A stretch of DNA of 64,000 nt from positions 75,268,001 through 75,332,000 of the forward strand of contig NW_024704744.1 in the NCBI RefSeq assembly GCF_018977255.1, read 5' to 3'. Below the pieces are notes generated by a model. It was given only the letters and a program-made list of their open reading frames with translations. It was not told the DNA's origin and did not search any database. The DNA is from Callorhinchus milii. Taxonomy: Eukaryota. Shown here in pieces: positions 51,101 to 59,690 of the stretch (position 1 is its first letter; each line of letters opens with the position of its first letter). A program made the position numbers and the translations under genes.

Positions 51101-51587
51101 GACACACACCTGGTGACTGAGCCAGGCTGACACACACCTGGTCAGGGAACAGATGTTGGGTAGAAAGGAAAACTGGGGATGGAACCTCATGTCTAAGGTG
51201 CGCACAGGTTCGGTGAGTATGTGGGAGAGACTCCGGGGAGGTTGAGGAGTTCAGACCTGCGGGAGAGAAGACGTTGACGGGGGCCAAAGAGTATGGCTCA
51301 CGTCTTGCTGACACACAGTGACTGAGCCGGGCTGAGCACACACACACGGAATGAGCTGTGGGCTGATACACCCACACACACACACACAGCGACTGGGCTG
51401 ATACAGGCTGACACAGACTGACGCACAGTGACACACAGTGACTGCTCTGGCCGCTGTACTTACAGAGAATGGCCACAGCTCCGGACTGGAAGAGGAGAGC
51501 CTCCTCTCTGCTCCTGCTCTCCAGCAGCGCACTGCACTGCCCGGGCGGCGAGCTCACATACACACGGAAACCTTTGACCAGAGCCAT
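17511..51587 (-). CDS. SYNJ2: Synaptojanin-2 (Sac1 + inositol 5-phosphatase + RRM-like + Pro-rich tail), 27 core coding exons
   Basis: Exons traced with phase-consistent splice sites; motifs [62 protein letters not shown] and SDHRPV match recalled SYNJ2. Confidence 0.96.
18282..18607 (+). mobile_element. SINE family B (SacSINE1/DeuSINE-like)
   Basis: tRNA-like head gtcagcctggctcagtggtagagc...gggttcaaaccc; central ctgtttgtgggacattgctgtgtgcaaactggctgcc resembles the Deu domain from recall. Confidence 0.78.
19362..19552 (-). CDS. SYNJ2: SYNJ2 exon 26 (Pro-rich, PSAPLMAP...[10 protein letters not shown])
   Basis: 191 nt, strong acceptor and GTAAGT donor, phase 1-0. Confidence 0.75.
20775..20890 (-). 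CDS. SYNJ2: Candidate alternative SYNJ2 exon (GQDVGYRVV...PTESQ)
   Basis: 116 nt, open frame, ttccaatttcag-type acceptor and GTAAGT donor, phase 1-0; no recalled homology. Confidence 0.5.
20977..21085 (-). CDS. SYNJ2: SYNJ2 exon 25 ([15 protein letters not shown]...EAEQAI)
   Basis: 109 nt, phase 0-1. Confidence 0.9.
21450..21800 (-). mobile_element. SINE family A copy
   Basis: Head and tail match the family consensus. Confidence 0.8.
22540..22975 (+). mobile_element. CR1 LINE 3' end
   Basis: Similar to the other CR1 3' UTR copies (gaatggcctcctcctgttcct end). Confidence 0.8.
23126..23241 (-). CDS. SYNJ2: SYNJ2 exon 24 ([10 protein letters not shown]...GAPQHP)
   Basis: 116 nt, phase 1-0. 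Confidence 0.87.
23300..23720 (-). mobile_element. L2 LINE 3' fragment
   Basis: [30 protein letters not shown] motif. Confidence 0.85.
24060..24185 (-). CDS. SYNJ2: SYNJ2 exon 23 ([28 protein letters not shown])
   Basis: 126 nt, phase 1-1. Confidence 0.9.
24242..24606 (+). repeat. 27-bp minisatellite (ccagggagtcaaccacccaaaccatag)
   Basis: About 13 units; accounts for the MVWVVDSLA ORFs. Confidence 0.93.
24755..24931 (-). CDS. SYNJ2: SYNJ2 exon 22 (DLDEELDEA...)
   Basis: 177 nt, phase 1-1; weak homology, supported by splice sites and open frame. Confidence 0.8.
24985..25372 (-). mobile_element. SINE family A copy
   Basis: Head and tail match the family consensus. Confidence 0.82.
25723..25891 (-). 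CDS. SYNJ2: SYNJ2 exon 21 ([10 protein letters not shown]...[11 protein letters not shown])
   Basis: 169 nt, AG/GT. Confidence 0.93.
26545..26930 (-). mobile_element. SINE family B copy
   Basis: Matches the family consensus. Confidence 0.75.
27316..27627 (+). mobile_element. SINE family A copy
   Basis: A box gtagctcagtggttagagc, B box gggttcaattcc; body continues into the SINE tail. Confidence 0.85.
27728..27806 (-). CDS. SYNJ2: SYNJ2 exon 20 ([12 protein letters not shown]...LDGTK), GC donor
   Basis: 79 nt; donor reads AAG|GCAAGT. Confidence 0.88.
28420..28801 (+). mobile_element. SINE family A copy
   Basis: Full length with (ATT)n tail. Confidence 0.85.
28966..29184 (-). CDS. SYNJ2: SYNJ2 exon 19 ([14 protein letters not shown]...SYGTVLLLR)
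   Basis: 219 nt, AG/GT. Confidence 0.93.
29650..29764 (-). CDS. SYNJ2: SYNJ2 exon 18 ([13 protein letters not shown])
   Basis: 115 nt, AG/GT. Confidence 0.92.
30756..30912 (-). CDS. SYNJ2: SYNJ2 exon 17 (FAPTYKYD...[13 protein letters not shown])
   Basis: 157 nt, AG/GT. Confidence 0.94.
31556..31714 (-). CDS. SYNJ2: SYNJ2 exon 16 ([16 protein letters not shown])
   Basis: 159 nt, phase 0-0. Confidence 0.94.
32056..32248 (-). CDS. SYNJ2: SYNJ2 exon 15 ([15 protein letters not shown]...KLTFPM)
   Basis: 193 nt, AG/GT. Confidence 0.94.
33216..33356 (-). CDS. SYNJ2: SYNJ2 exon 14 ([16 protein letters not shown]...[10 protein letters not shown])
   Basis: 141 nt, AG/GT. Confidence 0.93.
33470..34076 (+). 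mobile_element. L2 LINE 3' fragment
   Basis: [16 protein letters not shown]...LQVIQNSA followed by the L2 tail. Confidence 0.85.
34525..34840 (-). mobile_element. CR1 LINE 3' end
   Basis: Reverse match to the 22.5-23.0 kb copy, catagaa tail. Confidence 0.8.
35183..35267 (-). CDS. SYNJ2: SYNJ2 exon 13 ([23 protein letters not shown])
   Basis: 85 nt, AG/GT. Confidence 0.93.
35380..35562 (-). CDS. SYNJ2: SYNJ2 exon 12 (PRGILKAM...[12 protein letters not shown])
   Basis: 183 nt, phase 1-1. Confidence 0.93.
35690..36070 (+). mobile_element. SINE family A copy with internal insertion
   Basis: Head and tail match the family consensus. Confidence 0.8.
36130..36545 (-). mobile_element. SINE family B copy
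   Basis: Matches the family consensus. Confidence 0.75.
36576..36732 (-). CDS. SYNJ2: SYNJ2 exon 11 ([11 protein letters not shown]...DIVLF)
   Basis: Clear homology and donor GTAAGT; the acceptor position is uncertain. Confidence 0.85.
37262..37414 (-). CDS. SYNJ2: SYNJ2 exon 10 ([11 protein letters not shown]...[10 protein letters not shown])
   Basis: 153 nt, phase 0-0. Confidence 0.92.
38091..38172 (-). CDS. SYNJ2: SYNJ2 exon 9 (Sac1 catalytic [12 protein letters not shown])
   Basis: 82 nt, AG/GT. Confidence 0.92.
38415..38760 (-). mobile_element. SINE family B copy
   Basis: Matches the family consensus. Confidence 0.78.
38905..39068 (-). CDS. SYNJ2: SYNJ2 exon 8 (KLVWAS...PMINFDYH...NISP)
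   Basis: 164 nt, AG/GT. Confidence 0.92.
39230..39955 (-). mobile_element. Two tandem SINE family A copies
   Basis: Copies at ~39230-39582 and ~39645-39955. Confidence 0.85.
40182..40278 (-). CDS. SYNJ2: SYNJ2 exon 7 ([10 protein letters not shown]...[11 protein letters not shown])
   Basis: 97 nt, AG/GT. Confidence 0.92.
41200..41532 (+). mobile_element. SINE family B copy
   Basis: Matches the family consensus. Confidence 0.78.
41535..42110 (+). mobile_element. Degenerate L2 LINE fragment
   Basis: LDSSNALL...QLIQNS...[12 protein letters not shown] motif. Confidence 0.75.
42826..42887 (-). CDS. SYNJ2: SYNJ2 exon 6 ([21 protein letters not shown])
   Basis: 62 nt, AG/GT. Confidence 0.92.
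43650..43733 (-). CDS. SYNJ2: SYNJ2 exon 5 ([24 protein letters not shown])
   Basis: 84 nt, phase 0-0. Confidence 0.92.
44212..44437 (-). CDS. SYNJ2: SYNJ2 exon 4 (NYSLH...[11 protein letters not shown])
   Basis: 226 nt, AG/GT. Confidence 0.93.
44465..45115 (-). mobile_element. Unclassified dispersed repeat Y interrupted by a CR1 3' fragment (~44700-44820)
   Basis: Two collinear halves flank the CR1 piece. Confidence 0.75.
45165..45385 (+). repeat. C-rich degenerate tandem repeat (ccccacactgagccc...)
   Basis: Visible repeated units. Confidence 0.75.
45640..46245. mobile_element. Cluster of CR1 fragments (+ strand 3' end, - strand RT piece)
   Basis: [14 protein letters not shown]...[16 protein letters not shown] on the - strand. 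Confidence 0.85.
47420..47780 (+). mobile_element. SINE family A copy
   Basis: Full length. Confidence 0.82.
47963..48230 (-). CDS. SYNJ2: SYNJ2 exon 3 ([14 protein letters not shown]...FFW)
   Basis: 268 nt, AG/GT. Confidence 0.93.
48540..48910 (+). mobile_element. SINE family B copy
   Basis: Matches the family consensus. Confidence 0.75.
49370..49850 (-). mobile_element. SINE family B copy with a nested L2 tail
   Basis: Matches the family consensus; gggacgtcctcccgacgtg insert. Confidence 0.7.
50020..50310 (+). repeat. Degenerate tandem repeat (gagcattaatactcac)
   Basis: About 9 units. Confidence 0.75.
50365..50451 (-). CDS. SYNJ2: SYNJ2 exon 2 ([11 protein letters not shown]...[12 protein letters not shown])
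   Basis: 87 nt, AG/GT, phase 1-1. Confidence 0.9.
50815..51140 (+). repeat. 24-28 bp minisatellite (gtgactgagccaggctgacacacacctg)
   Basis: About 12 units. Confidence 0.92.
51464..51587 (-). CDS. SYNJ2: SYNJ2 exon 1 ([10 protein letters not shown]...AVAIL)
   Basis: ATG at 51587, donor GTAAGT. Confidence 0.9.
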
Positions 51588-51624
51588 CGCCTCCTCATCA
51601 CCAGCAGCGGCTCCTGCAGCTCAC

Positions 51625-52020
51625 ACTCACTCACTCACTCACACACACACTCACACACACCAACTCTTACACTCACTACCTCACTCACTCACACTAACTC
51701 ACAATAACTCACTCACACTAACTCACTCTCACTAACTCTCACACTAACTCACTCACTCTCACTCACACACTAACTCACTCACTCTCATTCACTATCTCAT
51801 TCACTCTCACACTAACTCACTCACACACTAACTCACTCACACTAACTCACTCACTCTCACTCACACACTAACTCACTCACACTAACTCACTCACTAACTC
51901 ACTCACACTAACTCACTCACTCTCACACTAACTCACTCACACTAACTCACACACTAACTCACTCACACTAACTCACTCACACTCACTCACTCACTCATTC
52001 ACACAAACTCTCACTCCCTC
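51625..52020 (+). repeat. (ACTC/AC)n low-complexity repeat
   Basis: Direct inspection. Confidence 0.92.
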
Positions 52021-52074
52021 ACACTTACGGCAAACTTCTAAAACCTGTCCTGTTGCCGAGTAAACCCTTTGAGA

Positions 52075-52232
52075 GTCCCCACTCCCCCCCCACTCCCCCC
52101 CCTGGGGCACAGACCCCCACTCCACCCCCCCCCGGGGCACAGACCCCCACTCCCCCCCACTCCCCCCCCCGGGGCACAGACCCCCCACTCCCCCCCACTC
52201 CCCCCCCGGGCACAGACCCCCCACTCGGGGCA
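52075..52232 (+). repeat. C-rich tandem repeat (ccccggggcacagacccccactc)
   Basis: About 5 units. Confidence 0.85.
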
Positions 52233-52359
52233 CAGCGCCTGTCACCGCTCTGCGGTTCACACACAATCCAAACTCCCGTCGCTCTTCCCCCGAAGCCGCG
52301 GATCACTTCCAAAGAGATTCCCCCCCGGAAGTCATTAAAATGTAGGAAATTCCCCAGTC

Positions 52360-53080
52360 ATTCATTCACACTCACTCTCACTCACTTACACACTCACTCT
52401 CACTCACACACTCACTCTCACTCACTTACACACTCACTCTCACTCACTCACACACACACTAACTCTCACTTACACTCTCACTCACACACTCACTCTCACT
52501 TACACACTCACTCTCACTCACTCACACACTCACTCACTCACACACACTCACTCTCACTCACACACACTCACTCTCACACACTCACTCTCACACACTAACT
52601 CTCACACACACTAACTCTCACTCACTCACACACACTAACTCTCACTTACACACTCACACACACTAACTCTCACTCACACACACTAACTCTCACTCACACA
52701 CACTAACTCTCACTCACACACACTAACTCTCACTCACACACACTAACTCTCACTCACACACACTAACTCTCACTCACACTCACTCTCACTCACACACTCA
52801 CTCTCACTCACACACACTAACTCTCACACACACACTAACTCTCACTCACTCACACACTCACTCTCACTCACACACTCACTCTCACTCACACACACTAACT
52901 CTCACTCACACACACTAACTCACTCACACACACTAACTCACTCACACACACTAACTCACTCACACACACTAACTCTCACTCACACACACTAACTCACTCA
53001 CACACACTCACACTAACTCTCACTCACTTACACACTCACTCTCACACTAACTCACTCGCACTCACTCACACTAACTCACT
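52360..53080 (+). repeat. (ACTC/AC)n low-complexity repeat
   Basis: Direct inspection. Confidence 0.92.
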
Positions 53081-55534
53081 CAGAGGAATAAGGTGCCCCC
53101 TCTCCCTGCCCCACTCCCTCCCTGTCCCTCTCCCCTCCTGACCAGGTGGTTTCAGCAGGAGCTCAGACACCAGGAAGTGCAGCTGCAGATTCTTGGGTGA
53201 AGTAACTCGACTCCCCACCTTTGCATTCCTGACTCGTTTCGCCCTGAGACAGACACAGCGCCATCCACGGGTTCCAAGTTTGCATCTGTCTGTCTGTCTG
53301 TGTCTGTGTCTGCTGTAATTCACCAGCTGCACACATGGCTCTCACCCCCATTTCTTTCCCTGCAAAGAGCACTGACTCACAACTGAACGATGATGATGAT
53401 GATAATTGTATTTGGAAGGACTTCATTGCATTCAGTACACAAGTGTTTGATTGCGTTCAGACGTCCGCAGGATGGGCGCGCGTGCTCGTGCGTGAGCGCC
53501 ATCGTTTTCATGGCTGATCGTGATCCGTGGCCACGTTCCTTCCCATCTCCCGTAACGCGGTGGAGCGACGAGGCTAAGTGTATCTCTTGACGGCTTGTTT
53601 CAGCTCCTCTGTCGTCTCACACCACTGTTTTGTAACAGAGGGTAACAGGACTTTGGGAACACGATGTAGATTACAAGAAGGCAGTCTCGGTCTCTCCCTC
53701 ACTGACTTTCCAATGTAAGTCAACAAGGGGAACAAAGCGACATGATAAGGTGCTATATCAAGTGCAAGGACTATTATTATTAATAAAGGTCCAACCTTAA
53801 CTGCTCCAAGGAGTGGCCAGGCATTCAGTCATTATGTCCTTAACTTCTGGAATCCCTGCCTCCACCTTGCCCCCTCTTTAATTCCCACCTTAAGACCGTC
53901 CTTCCTCTTTAACCGTGCCTATGGTCACCACCACCCCGTCGCTTCCTGTCCAACCTCGCCTTTGCGCAGCGCTCTGAGACGTCATCCCTATGTGAAGGCA
54001 GACAAAACTTTCAACCAAGGTCCCACCTGCCTGTTCAGGTGGATGTTAAAGATCCCATGGTGCTATCTGAAAAGAGAAAGGAGTTTCTCTCTCTGTGTGT
54101 CCTGGTCATTAACAATCCCCCCCCAAAAATAATTGGTCACTTGCTCCGCAACTGTTTGTGGGACACTGCTGTACTCAACTGGTTATAGTGTTTCGCCCAC
54201 AAAATACACAGTAACTTCACTTAATAGTATATTCTGTGAAGCGCTTTGAGGCGTCTCAACGACGTGATAAGGCGCTATATCAAATGTAAGAATTAATATA
54301 TCAATGCAAGTTATTGTAACTATTACAAAAAAGAAAAGATTGGAATTTTTTTTTAAATTGACCAATTAATTTAGAAGTATTTAGAGGGATTCTTAATTTA
54401 TAACTGGTGGCCCTGGGACCACCCTACCCTTTAAGGCTTTGGCCTGCAGGGTTAGTAGGAGGTGAGTGGGAAGAATCCCTGCCGCCAGTGACCAGTCTGC
54501 CCCTCCAAGTCCTGCCGCTCTACCCCCACCCCCTGAGCGCTCCCCCCCACCCCGAATTGAAAACTCAATAAATTATTCACTGTTAAGCGCTCTGAGATGC
54601 TACCCTGCATGGAGGACGCTATATACGTGCAAGTTGTTGTTGTGTTGTAGTCACTGAATACTCGAGAGAACATTGGACAGAATCAATACAAATCCTGAGC
54701 TTGGTGTTCAATGGGAATTAGACACCTGCTCAAAGGAAGTGAGACGCACACTGAATCGTTAAATTACTGAATAAAATACAGGGGCTTAAACCGTTCTCTA
54801 GTACTGTAGACAATTCCAGGCAATGAGCAAAACTTCTAGAATCCCTAATAATAAAACCCTCCTACACCAAAATTGCACAATAATATTAATCCTTGTATTT
54901 AATATAGCACCTTATCAAATCGTTCAGACGCCTCAAATGCTTCACAGAATAGATTGTCAAGTGGATTGAGTGTATATTTTGTGGGCAAAATACAATATTT
55001 CATAAAATATAAAATAAATACATTTTAAATTTATCGATTTGAATAAATTTTAATGCAAAATTAAAATGTATTTTAATTTAGTTTAATTAAACTTAATAAA
55101 TAAAATTTAAATGTAAACATTTCATTAAAAAAAAACCTGAATGTAAACCTAACCTAATCCCAAAACATTCCCACCCTTAAAAAGTGCTCTGATGCTAAAA
55201 CGCTAAGGTGAACATTGAGCCACAGCTACCAGCCACTGTGTTCTCAATCAGTTTAACGTTTGAGCAGTATGCCGGAAGTTTGTGGCAGCACGGTTTTGCC
55301 AATACTGTCCGGGAAGGAAATTTTGAAACAGTTTTGTCTTTGCTGTTAGCATGAAGTTGAGTAACAGAGCGCTAACGTCGTGCAGAACAATAACAACTTG
55401 CATTTACATAGGGCTCCTCACGCTGGGTAGCGTTCCAGACTGCTTGACAGTGGCGGAGCACGATGGCGAACCAGAGGTAGGGTGGGGGTGACCGTAAGCA
55501 TTGTCGAAGAGGAAGGTCTTCAGGTCAGGGCTTT

Positions 55535-56065
55535 GGTTTGTAGGGTTAACAGGAGCCGAGTGGGATGACTCCCTGACCCCAGTGACTGGTCTGCCCTTCC
55601 AAGTCCTGCCGATGAGCCAGGCTGGGTGTCATCAGCAATGTCCTGGAATACTGTGGACCAGCCTGGCTCAGGAACCAGTCTGGAGACCATAACAGTGGAT
55701 AGGCTCCATTCTGATATTCCATTGCCAAGCATATCTCCTTGGAACCAATTCAGCTCCAGGAAGACGCTGTTTACAAAACCTCAAGGAAGACAAACAACCA
55801 TTTGAGCTCAAACTCCTGGCTTTTTTTTTGATAAGCTGAGCGTCTGATTCTGATCCATACGGAAATATCCGGAGTATCCAAACCAAACTGAGATTTCCAT
55901 GCATCCCTCCTACACATGGAAATCTCAAAGACAGATTGTTGGAATGGAATGCGCACTCTCTCCCTGGAGGGATATATCCTGCTTACCTAATTCTGGAAAG
56001 TATTAGGCACAGGTTGGTAAGAGCAAATGCTTGGGGACCCCAGAGGGTGTGCATTGGGGTAATTG
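55535..56065 (-). mobile_element. Unclassified dispersed repeat Y, permuted copy
   Basis: Halves occur in swapped order relative to 8585-9240. Confidence 0.7.
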
Positions 56066-56346
56066 CTGGGGATAGTGAATGCTGGGAGGATCAATTCAAC
56101 ATTTAATCTCACCTCAGCCTCCTTCTACACAATAATAAAAGAAACATACATTTGTGACAGTTCACACAGCTTTTGTTTTACATATATAATATATGTAATA
56201 TATATATGCACACATTGGCTGCACCGACCCATTGCAGCTACGCTCGCAACCAAAGAATCCAATATGGAACGTAGATTTTTGTAGTTATGGCTGAGGTTCA
56301 GGAAAACTTTGGTATTGAGCTCTGCTATATCTTGTACAATGGTCCC

Positions 56347-59150
56347 CAACAACAACAACAACAACAACGAGATTCCATCTATTGAGCGCCTTTCACGTCG
56401 GGAGGACGTCCCAAGGCGCTGTACAGTTAGGTCAGGACCCGAGCAGGGGGGAAATGGTGAGGGGAGGGAAGGGAGGGAGGGAGCGAGGAGGGGATAGAGA
56501 GTTGAGAGGGGAGCTGAAGGCACGGTCAAAGAGAAAGGTCTTGAGACCGGCCTTGAAGGAGGAAAGGGAGGAGGCGGCGAAGGCACTGGGGGATAGAGTT
56601 CCAGAGCCTCGGGGCTGAGAGGCTGAAGGCCCGGCCACCGATGGTAGGGCGGTTGGGGCGGGGGATGTGGAGCAGACCGGAGCCAGAGGAACGGAGGGTA
56701 CGGGCAGGTAGGTAGGGGGATAGTAGGTCGGAGAGGTAGGAGGGAGCAAGGCCGTGAATGGCCTTGTAGGTGAGGGTGAGGATCTTGAATTCGATCCTCT
56801 GGGGGATGGGGAGCCAGTGGAGGCGAGCGAGGGTGGGAGTGATGTGGTCGCGAAGCCTGGTGCGGGACAGTACACGAGCTGCAGAGTTCTGAATGACCTG
56901 CAGCTTGTGGAGGGAGGTGGCGGGAAGGCCGGCGAGGAGAGAGTTCCCATAGTCCAGCCTTGAGGTGACAAAGGCGTGGACCAGAGTTTCAGCAGCGTGA
57001 GGGGTGAGGTAGTGCCGTAGTCTGGCGATGTTCCGGAGGTGATGGAAGGCGGTGCCAGTTGTGGTGCGGATGTGAGGGAGAAAGGACAGCTCAGGGTCGA
57101 ACAGAACCCGAGGTTCCTGACTGGCTTTGAGAGGTGGAGAGTGCAGCCTTGGATGCTGATGGTGTCAGCGCCTGAGGTGCGGAGGCGCTGACGTGAGCCA
57201 ATCAGGAGGGCCTCAGTTTTTCGCACGTTGAGCTGAAGAAAGTTATCTCTCGTCCAGGACTCGATGTCGGACAGGCAGGCTGTCAGGACATCGGTGGTCG
57301 TGGAGTTGAGGGTAGAGGAGGAAAGGTAGAGTTGGGTGTCATCCGCATACATGTGGAAGTTAACCCCATGTCTGCGGATGATGTCACCAAGGGGGAGCAT
57401 ATAGAGGGTGAAGAGGAGGGGACCGAGGACAGAGCCCTGAGGGACACCGCACGAGACAGTGCGGGGGGTGGAGGAAAAGCCGTTTGTGGAAACAAAGTGA
57501 AGACGGTGGGAGAGGTACGACCTAAACCACTCAAGGACAGGGCCTTGAAGGTTGAGGTGGGAGGACAAGCGGTGGAGGAGGATAGCGTGGTCGACCGTAT
57601 CGAATGCTGCCGATAGGTCGAGGAGGACGAGGAGGCAGAGGGAGCCCTGGTCACAGATGGTCAGGATGTCATTGGTGACCTTGACCAGGGCAGTTTCTGT
57701 GCTATGGGCAGCACGGAAACCCGACTGAAGGGGTTCGAATAGTGAATGGGTGGAGAGGAAAGAGCGCAGCTGGGAGGCGACAACTCGTTCCAGGACCTTG
57801 GACAGGAAGGGGAGGTTGGAGATGGGCCGGTAGCTTGATAGCTGCGACGCATCAAGGGAGGGTTTTTTCAAGGTGGGCGTGATGATGGCAGTTTTTAAGG
57901 GAATGGGGACAGAGCCAGAGGAGAGGGACAGGTTGACGATGTCTGTGATATGTGGGGCAAGGAGGTGGAGCTGGGAGATAAGGAGTGGAGTGGGGATGGG
58001 GTCAAGGGAGCAGGTGGTGGGTTTCAGGGATAGGATGAGTTTGGTGACAGAGGGTGGGGAAACGGGTACGAAGGTGTGTAGGGGAGGATGGGTAGGAGTC
58101 GGAGTGTGGGAGGGAAGGGGTGGGTGGTGGGTGGATGTTGGAGGGGAAGTGACCGCGGAGCGAATTCCCTTGATCTTGGATTCAAGGAAATCCAGCATCT
58201 CCTCGCAGTGAAGGTTGGAGGAGATGACCTGCGCGGGGTGGCGGGGGGGACGGAGGAGTTGGGATGTGGTAGAGAACAGTAGCCTGGGGTTGTCTTCGCC
58301 TCCAGGATTATCCTGGAGTAGAAGGACGATTTGGCCGAGGCTAGAGTGGAGCGGTAGATTTTGAGGAGGTCCAGCCAGATTTGTCGGTGGACCGTTAGGC
58401 CAGATTTGACCCAGGTGCGTTCAGCGGCCCGCACCTGGCTCTTCAGTGAGCGGAGGTGGGTGGTGAACCAGGGGGAGGAGCGAGAGTAGGAGACAGTACG
58501 GGAGGTGATAGGGGCAAGAGTGTCAAGTGTGGAGGAGAGGGTGTTGTGGAGGAGGGTGAGAGCAGAAGAGGGGTCGGTGAGGGTTGAAGGCCAGAGGGAG
58601 AGGAGTTCAGAGGACTCCAAGGCAGCGGTTAGGGATTGAGGGGTAACTTCTTCCAGGGGCGGTAGAAGATGGTGGTGGGTCTGGTGGAGGTGGGGAGGGG
58701 GTGGAGGTGGTGAAGGAGATGAAGTGGTGGTCGGAGACGGCCTTGTCGGTGATGGTGACATCCGAGACACTGAGGCCCCGGGTGATCACCAAGTCGAGTG
58801 GGTGGCCGTGACTGTGAGTGGGGGAGTTGATGTGGAGGGAGAGGTTGAGCGAGGAGAGCAGGGAAGAGAAATCTGAGGAGATGGAGCAGGAGGGGGTGAA
58901 GTGCAGGTTAAAGTCGCCCAGGATGATGAGGCGATCAGAGCAGAGGCAGAGAGATGTGAGAAGTGTTGAGATATCAGAGATAAAGGTGGGAGAGGTTTTA
59001 GGGGGCCGGTAGAGGAGGAGGATTTTAAGTGAGAGGAAGGAGGGGTGGGAGAGGGTGAGGTGCTCAAAAGAGGGGAAAGAGCCAGAGGAGTAGGGGGATA
59101 GGGCAAGTGGTGTCCTTGAGATAAGGGCAACACCACCGCCACCTTCGGGG
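56347..59150 (-). mobile_element. L2-clade LINE, near-complete ORF2 (APE endonuclease + RT), frameshifted, 5'-truncated, (GTT)n tail
   Basis: GGGVA, LYRPP, GDFN and SDH endonuclease motifs; [30 protein letters not shown] and YADD RT motifs; tail at 56347-56367. Confidence 0.95.
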
Positions 59151-59684
59151 ATTTCAATTTGGCCATCTGCTGGATCCACTGGAATTATATACGTAAGAGG
59201 GGGAGGGGCAAAGCCCCAGCCCTAGGCTTCACCCTCTCCGCCCTCTCCCTAGTCGCTGCTAGGCCATGGCACGGATGAACCCAGAAACCCCGCGGCCTTT
59301 ACTGAGCCAACCATCAGCCAACACCGACCCTACTCCGACACGGCGCCGCTCAGCCCGGGGCCGCCCAGGAGCAGTAGGAAAAGCCAACTCACTGCCGCTA
59401 TCTTGTTCGCACTGCTTGGCTTCATCTGAGTGCGCGAGTGCTGCGTGCGTGCCACAGCACCGCTGGGAGTCGGCGTGGCCACCAGGTGTAACTGCAGTGT
59501 ACATGTAACTGCCATACTTGTGTGATGACCTTGTTTAGGTCGTAGCTCAGCAACGATAGGAGATCCCTGAAAACAAATATTGCACTCCTAGATGCAAGAG
59601 CTTTCCGACGAGGAAAGACGCTCGTGTCTCTACGTTAATCGGTTATTGAGATCTTGGCTGATATATACACGCAGATATTGTTGT

Positions 59685-59690
59685 TTTATT
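59685..59690 (-). terminator. Probable SNX9 polyadenylation signal (alternative at 60061-60066)
   Basis: AATAAA on the - strand at the end of an AT-rich, largely repeat-poor 3' UTR-like stretch. Confidence 0.5.
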
